NCBI GenBank assembly: GCA_038893995.1
Contig: JAWAQK010000002.1
Location: forward strand, 20,529-84,528
Length of the DNA: 64,000 nucleotides
Source of the DNA: Candidatus Thorarchaeota archaeon
Lineage (GTDB): Archaea; Asgardarchaeota; Thorarchaeia; Thorarchaeales; Thorarchaeaceae
Direction of reading: 5' to 3'
Part shown: piece after piece, positions 23,213 to 32,355 of the stretch
Layout: the number at the start of each line of letters is the position of its first letter
Numbering within the stretch: the stretch's first letter is position 1
Position numbers and translations under genes: made by a program
The notes under the pieces: model-generated
What the model was told of the DNA's origin: nothing
Database searches by the model: none
Seen by the model: the letters and a program-made list of their open reading frames with translations, nothing else

Positions 23213-24538
23213 CTACTGTCTCTTGTTCACTGAGAGCACTATTCCGACCGCCACGGTCATTCCCATGTCACGAACGGCGAATCTGCCAAGCTGAGGTATC
23301 TCCTTGTATGGTTCAATGACCATTGGCTTCAGGGGGACAAGCTTGGCTATCATTGACTCGCCCTTCTTCACAAACTCAGGATTCTCTTGAATGACCTGTC
23401 CAGAGCGTTGGTCGATCTTCTTCAAGATCTGATCAAATCTACAGGCGACCTGAGCCGTGTGTGCATGAATTACGGGTGTGTAGCCCGCCGCGATGGCCGA
23501 AGGATGTTGGATGACCATTAGCTGGCCCGTGAAGTCAAGTGCCACAGTGGGCGGGTTTTCAACGGGCCCCGCAACATCTCCTCTTCCAAGGTCTTTCCTC
23601 TCAATACCACGGACGTTAAAGCCTATGTTGTCACCTGGAACTGCCTCTGGTAGCTGCTCGTGGTGCATCTCAATGGACTTGACCTCTCCCACCTTGTTGG
23701 GTGGCATGAAAACCACCTTCTGTCCTGGCTTCAGGATCCCAGTTTCAACACGTCCGACTGGAACCGTGCCAACCCCCTTTATGGAGTATACATCATTAAT
23801 GGGTATCCTGAGAGGCTTGTCAACCGGTTTCGGTGGGATTGGTGTGGAGTCAAGTGCCTCGAGGAGACAGGGTCCGTTGTACCATGGTGTGAGGTTTGGT
23901 GTCCTGACCTTAAGGTTAGCAGCGTCTATGGCTGAGGTCGGAATGAAGGGGATCTGGTCGACCTTGTAGCCTATTCCCTTAAGGAAGCCACTGACCTCGT
24001 CCTTGATCTCTTTGTATCTTGCCTCACTGTACTTCACTTCGTCCATCTTGTTGATACAGACGATCAGACCCATGACACCAAGAGTCATGGCCAGGTATGC
24101 ATGCTCTTTTGTCTGACCACCAGGTCCCACACCTGCTTCGAACTCTCCGGTCTTGGCGGAGACAACAAGAAGCCCTACGTCCGCTTGGGACGCCCCGGTG
24201 ATCATGTTCTTGATGAAGTCCTTGTGGCCAGGCGCATCGATTATGGTTATGTACCGGTGTTCGGTCATGAACTTGAAGAACGCAATGTCAATTGTGAGAC
24301 CGCGTTCTCTTTCCTCCTTCAGTCTATCCAGAGCGAACGCCCACGCCCAAGACGGACGGCCTAGTCGCTCGGCCTCTGCCTTGTGCTGCTGGAACGTACG
24401 CTCATCCACGGCGCCGGTTTCGTATAGTAGGCGGCCCGTCATAGTACTCTTGCCATGATCAACATGGCCTATGACGACCAAGTTCACATGTTCTTTATCC
24501 TTCTTGCTCAACGTGAGAACCTCGGATTCGTGGGTCAT
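23213..24538 (-). CDS. tuf: Translation elongation factor 1-alpha (EF-Tu)
   Basis: 441 aa with GHVDHGKST, DAPGH and NKMD GTPase motifs and the EF-1alpha domains II/III. Confidence 0.95.
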   Translation of the reverse strand: MTHESEVLTLSKKDKEHVNLVVIGHVDHGKSTMTGRLLYETGAVDERTFQQHKAEAERLGRPSWAWAFALDRLKEERERGLTIDIAFFKFMTEHRYITIIDAPGHKDFIKNMITGASQADVGLLVVSAKTGEFEAGVGPGGQTKEHAYLAMTLGVMGLIVCINKMDEVKYSEARYKEIKDEVSGFLKGIGYKVDQIPFIPTSAIDAANLKVRTPNLTPWYNGPCLLEALDSTPIPPKPVDKPLRIPINDVYSIKGVGTVPVGRVETGILKPGQKVVFMPPNKVGEVKSIEMHHEQLPEAVPGDNIGFNVRGIERKDLGRGDVAGPVENPPTVALDFTGQLMVIQHPSAIAAGYTPVIHAHTAQVACRFDQILKKIDQRSGQVIQENPEFVKKGESMIAKLVPLKPMVIEPYKEIPQLGRFAVRDMGMTVAVGIVLSVNKRQ

Positions 24539-24584
24539 TCGCTCCGCTCTTTGGGAGCCTCACGTGTTGTGATGACCTGTGTGT

Positions 24585-24590
24585 TTAAAG
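24585..24590 (-). promoter_or_regulatory. TATA-like box upstream of tuf
   Basis: TTTAAA about 47-52 nt upstream of the tuf ATG on the minus strand. Confidence 0.3.
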
Positions 24591-24882
24591 GTTACGGCTC
24601 TCACATATAGCCTTCCCAGAAGTAAGGATTGTACGCAGGAACTCTAAGATGCTGCTTTTGAAATCTGGAACTGGAGATGCTGTTTGGGCAGTCCTACTTT
24701 ACGACACTGACTAGCTCCCATCAGAAGCAATCTCGAACTACCCCGTAGGCTCGTAGAAATGACGCCCCGCGACAATATGCGGGGTTCTCCCCTAGAAACT
24801 GCCGTGAGCGAGATGTGGCTTGATTCACGGCCCTGTGTCGTATGGCTTGGCCAGATCGAACGATATTATTAGATTCATTGAC

Positions 24883-24889
24883 AATAAAT
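24883..24889 (+). promoter_or_regulatory. TATA-like box upstream of the SDR gene
   Basis: AATAAAT about 34 nt upstream of the ATG at 24923. Confidence 0.3.
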
Positions 24890-24922
24890 GCATATGATGG
24901 CTGATTGTGGGCCTGATCTACC

Positions 24923-25687
24923 ATGAACCTCAGGCTTGAGAATATGACAATACTTGTGACAGGTGCCTCTAGAGGACTAGGATTTGCAGTTGCAAGGGCT
25001 CTGTCCTCCGAGGGTGCACGAGTCATATTGTGCAGTAGGAACGAAACTCGATTGAGGAAGGCAGTCGATCAGTTGGGAGACTCTGCTTCATACATCGTTG
25101 CTGATGTTTCAAGAGCAGCCGACATCCAAATGATGGTACGGCATGTTCGTGATTCCATAGGCGTCCTTGACGGTCTCTTTGTAAACACAGGTGGTCCTCC
25201 CACTGGCAAGTTCCTCGGACTATCAGACGATGATTGGAGGTCAAGCTTTGAACTCACAGTCATGAGTGCTGTAAGGCTCACACACGAGTGCCTTCCGTTG
25301 CTCACGAAGTCAAGATCCTCCTCCATCCTGTACAACACGTCGATATCCATTAAGGAGCCTATTGAGAACTTGATACTATCAAATTCTCTCAGACTCTCGA
25401 TAATCGGTTTGATGAAGTCCCTCGTAAACGAGCTGGGTCCAGACGGACCGAGGGTCAATGCGGTGTGTCCCGGGTATTTTCGTACAGAACGCATCGAAGA
25501 AGTTCTCGCCAGCTCGAGTGAGAAGGATGAATCGCTCGGCAGGTTAGAACGCAATATTCCTCTTCGCCGAATTGGCGATCCGGCAGAATTTGGAGCATTC
25601 TGCGCCTTCATCATGAGCCCAGTTGCAAGCTATATCCATGGAGCTGTTCTGGTTATAGACGGAGGACTATACCGTGGGATGAGCTAA
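24923..25687 (+). CDS. Short-chain dehydrogenase/reductase (SDR, 3-oxoacyl-ACP-reductase-like)
   Basis: 254 aa with cofactor motif TGASRGLG, NTGG, and the S...Y...K catalytic triad region. Confidence 0.8.
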   Translation: MNLRLENMTILVTGASRGLGFAVARALSSEGARVILCSRNETRLRKAVDQLGDSASYIVADVSRAADIQMMVRHVRDSIGVLDGLFVNTGGPPTGKFLGLSDDDWRSSFELTVMSAVRLTHECLPLLTKSRSSSILYNTSISIKEPIENLILSNSLRLSIIGLMKSLVNELGPDGPRVNAVCPGYFRTERIEEVLASSSEKDESLGRLERNIPLRRIGDPAEFGAFCAFIMSPVASYIHGAVLVIDGGLYRGMS

Positions 25688-26652
25688 GACATTTCATCTG
25701 GATTACTAGTCAACCTGTTGAGTGCCAATCTTGCGTAGTCCCGGACTTGGCTGTCGGAATCATCCAGCAAAGATACTAGTTTGCCCTCCGCGGGAGGATA
25801 TGGTGTCACACTGAGTGCCCATGCAGCCATCCGTCTGACGGAGGCATCCGTGGACTCCAGCAGTTGTGCTATCATTCGAAGAAGCACTTCTGAACGGTTC
25901 TCTAGCACCAGTCTTATCAACCGAGCCTGCTCTGCGGGTGCTGCTCTTTTCATCGCATCAGCTAGACCTTGAAGTGCTCTGGGACTGTTGATGGCTCTGA
26001 GGGCTCTTATTGACCAGTCCCGAACTTCGTCATCCGTGTCCTCCAGTGCTGCTAGGAGACTGACCACAGAGTCCGGTGATGCAATCCTGCAGAGTGCCCA
26101 TGCGCCTGCACGGCGGATCCTGGCATCTGGATCGCCAAGGGAAGCACAGAGTAGTCCGATGTCCAATTCGTCTGGGTCTATCGTCATTGCGTATAATGCT
26201 TCCACCCTTAGCATGACGTCTTCGTTGCAGTTTCGTGCTACTGTTCTAATCAGACTCCCATAGCGTTTGGGGTCGACGGATGCAAGTATGTGAAGTGCCC
26301 ACTTTCTCTCTTCGAAGACCCGATTGCAGTCTTCTAACACCTCTACGAAACACTGAGAGAGCGACTCGATTTTTCCTCGATATGCCACATGAAGTGCCTC
26401 GAGTCTTACTGAGGGGTCACTGTCCTGTAACGCAAGCTTCACGGACATCCTAGCGAGAACGGGGTCCATCAGATCCAGAATGTTCAGGATTCCATGCTTG
26501 AACTCCCTTGTTCCCTTCTTGCTCCAGATTATCTCGAGACTCTTCTGAAACAAGCTGGAATGGGCATTGACATAGTCTGCGGCCTCCGTTCTAGTTACCT
26601 TCTGACCGATGCTGGCGACTAGATCCCGCAGTATTCTCTCTTCTGTTTCCAT
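25684..26652 (-). CDS. HEAT-repeat protein (PBS-lyase HEAT-like repeats)
   Basis: 322 aa with repeated LxDxDxxVRxxAxxAL units (LGDPDARIRRAGAWALCRI, LEDTDDEVRDWSIRALRAI, LLDDSDSQVRDYARLAL). Confidence 0.65.
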   Translation of the reverse strand: METEERILRDLVASIGQKVTRTEAADYVNAHSSLFQKSLEIIWSKKGTREFKHGILNILDLMDPVLARMSVKLALQDSDPSVRLEALHVAYRGKIESLSQCFVEVLEDCNRVFEERKWALHILASVDPKRYGSLIRTVARNCNEDVMLRVEALYAMTIDPDELDIGLLCASLGDPDARIRRAGAWALCRIASPDSVVSLLAALEDTDDEVRDWSIRALRAINSPRALQGLADAMKRAAPAEQARLIRLVLENRSEVLLRMIAQLLESTDASVRRMAAWALSVTPYPPAEGKLVSLLDDSDSQVRDYARLALNRLTSNPDEMS

Positions 26653-26670
26653 TCTGTTTCCTCCAGCATT

Positions 26671-27675
26671 TTAGACGTATATCTTGAATGCATCTGCGTG
26701 TGGTTTCCTGAAACCTTTCAGGTCTGGTTCAGACATACTTGCTCCATGATAGGCCGCCATTTGTAGAGCAATGATGTGAGGTATTACCTGGACAAGCGGA
26801 AACCCGATCCCCGTGGCTCTTGCACAGTTGACGTAGATCGGCCGGGCACCAAGTGATGCAACTACGCTCATGAAGACATCATCTGATGGGTTCTGAAATC
26901 GATTGCCGATCAGAATAACACGGTCTCCACACTGGAGAGACAAAACCTGATGATGTCTAAACTCCTCTGTCAACCCAACAACAGACCTCACCAGTGACAT
27001 TTCGCTGAACTTCATGGCTCCTACCTGGGCAGAAACATAGTTTGCCCCCTCCGATACTATGAACATGACACCATCCTGGGTGAGCACCTCCCCGATCTTC
27101 CTGCCCTCCGTTTCTGACCATCTCATAGCTGTACCGAATTTGCTAGTCAACTGCAAGAGATCGCCTACTAGCCCTGAAATATCTGGGTCTGAGTCGCTGA
27201 TGAGCGCAAGCAAGAGTGCAATCGCCGAAGTAGTCGTTACCGAAGGTGGCAAATCGTAGGTGGCCACTCCGGAATCCGTCCTCAATACGTAATCTGCTAT
27301 CTCGGAAGCGGGACTATGTTCCGCGTCGGTCAGGAGCACCACCGGGGTCCCTCTGCTCTTTGCGTGTCTCATCGCCCTCAACGTTTCGATACTGCGACCC
27401 GATGCAGTGACGGCAACCAGCATGCCGTCATTTCCCAAATAGACTTGCTCGATCTCTGTTGGAGAAATCGCTGCCGACGGTATGCCGATCGATTGGAGCG
27501 CCCATTCACCGAACTGCGCCACACCGTACGAGTCTCCGCACCCGGTGAATATCAACCGACGTGCCTCAATGAATCGTTTCTTGATTTCATCATCAATGTT
27601 CTTTCGGAGCACACGCGGAATCGTGTGTTCCTGTGATTTGATGGTCTGATAGTACTGGTCTAGAAACTTCGACAT
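26671..27675 (-). CDS. Two-SIS-domain sugar phosphate isomerase (GlmS C-terminal-like; possibly GlmD-type glucosamine-6-phosphate deaminase)
   Basis: 334 aa with two SIS modules (GCGDSYGVAQ ... VAVTASGRSIETL and a second module ending VSEGANYVSAQ...). Confidence 0.55.
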   Translation of the reverse strand: MSKFLDQYYQTIKSQEHTIPRVLRKNIDDEIKKRFIEARRLIFTGCGDSYGVAQFGEWALQSIGIPSAAISPTEIEQVYLGNDGMLVAVTASGRSIETLRAMRHAKSRGTPVVLLTDAEHSPASEIADYVLRTDSGVATYDLPPSVTTTSAIALLLALISDSDPDISGLVGDLLQLTSKFGTAMRWSETEGRKIGEVLTQDGVMFIVSEGANYVSAQVGAMKFSEMSLVRSVVGLTEEFRHHQVLSLQCGDRVILIGNRFQNPSDDVFMSVVASLGARPIYVNCARATGIGFPLVQVIPHIIALQMAAYHGASMSEPDLKGFRKPHADAFKIYV

Positions 27676-27849
27676 CTTAGACGCACAGGCTCTTGAGCAC
27701 AGACTAACAGAGGATGCTCGAATTCCTTTAAGTGCAAATCTGTGTGTCCCTTAGGCTTGCGGTGTATCGCATAGTCAAGTTTGTGAAGTGTAGAATCGAG
27801 ATGGACTTCAGGAACTGCATATAACCTGCTCTCAGACTGCTGTACTAGA

Positions 27850-28326
27850 TCACACCACTGACTTCGACTGACCGACGCCTGTCTTATGACTCACGTAATC
27901 CGCGTAGGCCCTTCGTGCAAGATCATTAGCTCGCATATTCTCCTCTCTAGGTATCCATCTGATTTCGATCTCGATGCCTCTCCTGCTAAGCTCTCCAATC
28001 AGTTGCTTCAGTCTGCTGTGCAGAGGTCCAATCCTCTTGGACTTGACTGCATATTCCCCCCTGATCTGTCTTATCACCAACTGACTGTCTCCACGTATGA
28101 CCACACGGTCCCCCTCACCTACTAGAGGCGCGACCGCCTCCAGCGCGCTGATGAGACCTGAGTACTCTGCCACGTTATTTGTCATATCGGATCCTTCCCC
28201 CACAATACCACCAGCAGAGGCTATTTCCACTCCACTCTCTATCACCGTATATCCCCAGCTTGCCACTCCTCCTGGGTTGACAGGCTCACATGCCCCATCG
28301 AAACTAATGTGGAAGACCCTTGACAT
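27850..28326 (-). CDS. rnhA: Ribonuclease H (RNase HI-like, RVT_3 family); ORF-track start at 28359 is also possible
   Basis: FDGA ... NNVAEYSGLISALE ... GDSQLVIRQI ... WIPREENMRANDLA carry the DEDD catalytic residues of type-1 RNase H. Confidence 0.7.
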   Translation of the reverse strand: MSRVFHISFDGACEPVNPGGVASWGYTVIESGVEIASAGGIVGEGSDMTNNVAEYSGLISALEAVAPLVGEGDRVVIRGDSQLVIRQIRGEYAVKSKRIGPLHSRLKQLIGELSRRGIEIEIRWIPREENMRANDLARRAYADYVSHKTGVGQSKSVV

Positions 28327-28378
28327 CTGACATACCCTCTTCTGTCTACGCATTCTCACAAGTATTCGGCAAGTAGGT

Positions 28379-28688
28379 GCAGCGGCCCACTCAGCGTCGA
28401 TTGTCCTTCCCAGTCAGCTCTCTCGTCGCTCTTCTCGGGGCGGCTTCCTCTGGGGCTCCTCCGCTCTGCCTTAGGGCTGTTCCCGCCAGGGCCTGACCCG
28501 GTTCGGCAGTCTAAGCACACCTGCATCAGTTCTACAACTGATGTTGTGGCCGCGTCGGACTCCAGAGACCACCCGTCACCGTCCTTCGACGAATGCTGTC
28601 CTGGTCCGGTTTCAACCTCTGCGGTGTTACTGGCGCCACTATTGCCTTGTGGTTTAAGCCGTGGCAAACGGCCCGCCCTTCCCGCTGC
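28379..28688 (-). ncRNA. Signal recognition particle RNA (7S/SRP RNA), probable
   Basis: The minus strand has the helix-8-like segment GGUCAGGCCCUGGCGGGAACAGCC (compare the bacterial/archaeal consensus GGUCAGGUCCGGAAGGAAGCAGCC). A terminal helix pairs GCAGCGG with CCGCUGC about 310 nt apart. The region has only low-complexity ORFs. Confidence 0.5.
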
Positions 28689-28750
28689 AAATCTTTACTG
28701 GCCGGCTTCTCATAAAAGGATTCTCCTGGGTTGCATAGTTGTCCAAGTCC

Positions 28751-30553
28751 TCAGATGATGACGCCGGCATTCCTCTTGATCTGTATGATCTCTTCAAGAA
28801 CATCAAGTTCTGACTGTGACAATTCTGTACGGAATCTTTTCTTGATCGCCATGATATGTTTCTGGGGAACGTCGACATAGAGTGTCTCCCCAGGCTTAAT
28901 CTGCCTTCCCACAGTTGGTCCCCGGATTGATATGGCGACCTCCATTCCATCAGACGCTTCATCAATCGTTACTCCTCGATCCTGGATCTGCATTACGGTC
29001 CCAATCCGCTTCCCACTGGAGTTGATCAGGTCATTCTTGGCTCTGAGCAAACCATGAACTCTGACTCCCACAATCGCTGGATCCTTGTTACGAAACACGT
29101 ATTCCGGAAGGAGTTCAATCTTTGCAGGTCTGACGATGCTGTTCAACGATTCTGCCTTAGCTTGTTCTCTCTTCAACATTACCCATGCGTTGTATTCATC
29201 GAAGAGCCGATAGATCACAGTGTTCACAAAGAGCTGAACTCCGTATTCAGCCGCCAGATCTTCAATATCGGGGGCTATCTTTACGTTGAAACCGAGGACA
29301 ACCGCATTGATGGGATCTGAGTCTCCAGCTGCCCTCGCCTCCAAGATATCCCTTTTGACGATAGGTCCCACGTCTGCTATCCTCACTTGCACTTTTCTCT
29401 CCTGGAGGTACTGAGTTACGGCCTCCAAAGAACCAAGTGTATCCGCCTTCAGGACTATCCCCGAGGAATCTCTCTGTATTCTGATTGCATTGATCTCCTC
29501 TCTTATTCTTCTGCTGATCTCCTCGAGGTCATCGTCTTCGCCGATGGCATAGACTGGTGCACCAGCAACTGCTCCATGAATGTCGGGGGACACGATCTTG
29601 ACTCCTGCTGCTGCATGGACCTCATCAACGGGGGTAAATCTTTCCCTGGGATCTCGTATCTCGTCTAGTGGTTTGGGGAGCAACAGACTTCGGATCTTGG
29701 CAACAATCACATCTTCAAGCCCGCCAATAACAACAGTGTCAGTTCTCTTCAGCACACCTTCATAGATTATGGTGTCGAGTGTCATGCCGAGGCCCGGTTC
29801 CTCTCTAACCTCAAGCACTGCTCCTCGGGCGGGTCCCTCTGACATTCTTAGTCTGTCCTTCATGTACTGCTGAGTCAATCCCGAAAGAACCATCAGCAAT
29901 TCGGGGATGCCCTCTCCCGTCCGGGCACTGGTCGGTATTATCGCGACGGTCCTTGTGAAGTCCTTTACACGGTCGAATCTCTCGGAGTCAATTCCATTCG
30001 CAGAAAGTGCGCCAACGATCTCATAGATGAGTTTGTCAATCTGTCTACGAGTACCCTCATCCTGTGCGTTGATGCTCTGAACGAGAGTCATATTCGGTTT
30101 CTCTCTCCAACCGGGCACTTTGTCCAACTTGTTTGCCGCCACAACGAACGGTGTCTTCCCTGACCGTAGTATCTTCAGCGACTCGTAGGTCTGAGTCATA
30201 GGTCCATCATTAATGTCTATCACCAGTATTGCAATATCCGCAATGGCTCCCCCACGTCTCCTGAGGTTGAGATATGCCTCATGCCCTGGTGTGTCAATAA
30301 ATAGCAGGCCATCTATCAGGAGTTCCACCTTTGTCAGATCGAGCAGGTTTCCACACATTGACCTTATGGTTTCGAGGGGAAAAAATGAGGCTCCGATGTG
30401 TTGCGTCATTCCTCCCACCTCCCGCTCTTGAACAGCAGTTCCCCTCATCTTGTCTAAGAGGGAGGTCTTTCCGTGGTCGATGTGCCCAAGTACAGTGACA
30501 ATCGGCGATCTCAACTTGGCCTTTCCAGGAGTCACAGATTCAGGCATGGTCAC
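28751..30553 (-). CDS. infB: Translation initiation factor aIF5B (IF-2 homolog)
   Basis: 600 aa with GHIDHGKTS, DTPGH and NKLD motifs and the beta-barrel domains of IF2/eIF5B. Confidence 0.92.
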   Translation of the reverse strand: MTMPESVTPGKAKLRSPIVTVLGHIDHGKTSLLDKMRGTAVQEREVGGMTQHIGASFFPLETIRSMCGNLLDLTKVELLIDGLLFIDTPGHEAYLNLRRRGGAIADIAILVIDINDGPMTQTYESLKILRSGKTPFVVAANKLDKVPGWREKPNMTLVQSINAQDEGTRRQIDKLIYEIVGALSANGIDSERFDRVKDFTRTVAIIPTSARTGEGIPELLMVLSGLTQQYMKDRLRMSEGPARGAVLEVREEPGLGMTLDTIIYEGVLKRTDTVVIGGLEDVIVAKIRSLLLPKPLDEIRDPRERFTPVDEVHAAAGVKIVSPDIHGAVAGAPVYAIGEDDDLEEISRRIREEINAIRIQRDSSGIVLKADTLGSLEAVTQYLQERKVQVRIADVGPIVKRDILEARAAGDSDPINAVVLGFNVKIAPDIEDLAAEYGVQLFVNTVIYRLFDEYNAWVMLKREQAKAESLNSIVRPAKIELLPEYVFRNKDPAIVGVRVHGLLRAKNDLINSSGKRIGTVMQIQDRGVTIDEASDGMEVAISIRGPTVGRQIKPGETLYVDVPQKHIMAIKKRFRTELSQSELDVLEEIIQIKRNAGVII

Positions 30554-30683
30554 TCACCGCGATAGGTATGATGGCCTCAAGTGGGTCTATTTATCAAATT
30601 GCCGGAGCGTCTTCTGATCGATGCTCTTCGGAATCCTAAAAAAGAGGCACCGTTGCTGCGAGCTAAGAAACTGACATGAGACA

Positions 30684-31373
30684 ATGGATGGATACATCAT
30701 GGAAAGCTCGTTGGTAGTGATAAAGCCTGATGGTACCGTCCGCAGACGGGTGGGCGCTCTGACAATAGAACGCATCATCGGGATGGGGTATCAGGTGTCT
30801 GCATTCAAGGAGATGCATGTTTCCGAATCGCTTGCGCGTGCCCACTACTCTGTACATCTCGGGAAGCCATTCTTCTCTTGGTTGGTCCGGTTCATGACCT
30901 GCGCTAGGGTTGTGGCTATGATCATAGATGGACCAGATGTTATTCAAGGCATACGTGCTCTGCTGGGCGCGACTTTCGTCCAGAAGGCAGATCCAGAGTC
31001 CATACGTGGTCGTTACGGGCTAATAGGGGGCATTAACATAGCTCACGCGTCAGATGGCCCCGAGACCGCAAGACAGGAGATTGAACTATGGACCAAGCAT
31101 GGCGGTTTGAAACGATCTCGAAATGCAGGAACTGAGGCCCTATCATACATATCTCGGTATGCTCACGGTGAGGTCGATCTCACGATGCAGATTCGGGGGT
31201 TGCTGCAGTCAACAATCCTCAATGGCCATGTAGGCGAATCTGTGCAGACTGAGCTTGAGTCCCTGTTAAGGCAGGAGGCATGTGACATCACTGACGAAGA
31301 AGTCATGAAGCTATCAGAAATAATCCTCGATCTTGTAAGGGAAGAATGTGAGAAGGCCAAGAGTCACGCGTAG
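30684..31373 (+). CDS. ndk: Nucleoside diphosphate kinase with an approximately 80-aa C-terminal extension
   Basis: SLVVIKPDG, RGRYGLIGGINIAHASDG (active-site His) and EIELW. The C-terminal 80 aa has no NDK homology. Confidence 0.8.
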   Translation: MDGYIMESSLVVIKPDGTVRRRVGALTIERIIGMGYQVSAFKEMHVSESLARAHYSVHLGKPFFSWLVRFMTCARVVAMIIDGPDVIQGIRALLGATFVQKADPESIRGRYGLIGGINIAHASDGPETARQEIELWTKHGGLKRSRNAGTEALSYISRYAHGEVDLTMQIRGLLQSTILNGHVGESVQTELESLLRQEACDITDEEVMKLSEIILDLVREECEKAKSHA

Positions 31374-31426
31374 ATACCTCTACTTGACTACTGTGTAGAC
31401 TTAGGGTATCCCCCGTCATTCTTAGA

Positions 31427-31627
31427 TCATGTGCCAGTTCCCACGCCCTTCTGGTACAGGAGCGTCCACTTAGTTTCCCTTGGTTTCATTCCTCTGTCGA
31501 TACTACTGACCTTGCACTTGTTGGAGCAGAACCATAAGACTGCTCCATCCTTCGTCCTCACAAATGCGATACCGGTCCCCGGCTCTATGTCCCGCCCACA
31601 GAATGTACACCTCTGTGTTCCGACCAT
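31427..31627 (-). CDS. rpl24e: 50S ribosomal protein L24e
   Basis: 66 aa, CTFCGRDIEPGTG...FCSNKC zinc ribbon. Confidence 0.85.
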   Translation of the reverse strand: MVGTQRCTFCGRDIEPGTGIAFVRTKDGAVLWFCSNKCKVSSIDRGMKPRETKWTLLYQKGVGTGT

Positions 31628-31630
31628 CTC

Positions 31631-31855
31631 TCAGCGCCTCCTCATCTTCCTTGCTTCGCGTTCCGTCTCACGTAGGATCAGTATGTCCCCCACCCTCACG
31701 GGTCCCTTAACATTCCTTGTGAGAACTCGCCCCTCATCCCTCCCCTCCAGCACCTTGACCCGTACTTGTGTGATCTCGCCGGTTACCCCAGTACGTCCCA
31801 GTAGCTGGATCACCTCGGCAGGAATGGATGGCTCCTTTTCCTCACTCATGAACAC
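31631..31855 (-). CDS. rps28e: 30S ribosomal protein S28e
   Basis: 74 aa, [47 protein letters not shown]. Confidence 0.88.
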   Translation of the reverse strand: MFMSEEKEPSIPAEVIQLLGRTGVTGEITQVRVKVLEGRDEGRVLTRNVKGPVRVGDILILRETEREARKMRRR

Positions 31856-31868
31856 TGCTCACCTCGAC

Positions 31869-32240
31869 CTACTTGCGGAGGCCCTCTATCTTCTGGATGA
31901 TATCTACGACCATGTCCTTGGCCTTTCCCTCGATCAGGATTGCAACAGCAGCGGTTGGTCGTTCAATACCTGCTGCAGCGCCAAGGCCCTTCCGACTGTC
32001 CACAAATATATACGGTGTCTTCTTGTCGTCACAGAGTCCTGGCAGATGCATGATCACCTCCGACGGTTCGACGTCTTCCGCGATTAGAACAAGACGAGCA
32101 CTGCCACGCTCTACACACTTGGTTGTTTCGTTGATTCCCTTCTTGATACGACCTGAGTCTCTGGCGATCTGCAGGGCCTCCAAGGCCTTCTTTTTGAGTT
32201 CCTCTGTCGCTTCCCAATTGACAAAGCTTGGTCTTGGCAT
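31869..32240 (-). CDS. rpl7ae: 50S ribosomal protein L7Ae (K-turn binding)
   Basis: 123 aa, KKGINETTKCVERGSARLVLIAEDVEP ... L7Ae/L30e fold. Confidence 0.88.
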   Translation of the reverse strand: MPRPSFVNWEATEELKKKALEALQIARDSGRIKKGINETTKCVERGSARLVLIAEDVEPSEVIMHLPGLCDDKKTPYIFVDSRKGLGAAAGIERPTAAVAILIEGKAKDMVVDIIQKIEGLRK

Positions 32241-32355
32241 ACCTTCTACCTCTGTTCTTCTACATCATTGGTGAAGTAGCACGACTAGATGTCCTCTCTA
32301 GCTGTGTTCCACCGGTTTTCTGACGACCATCTTTTAAAACTGTCGAACCGATCCG

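Noticed and set aside
28356-28758. ORFs 28356-28667 (-) and 28546-28758 (+)
   Set aside because: They are Gly/Ser/Pro-rich low-complexity translations overlapping the putative SRP RNA. They have no domain signature and overlap each other on opposite strands.
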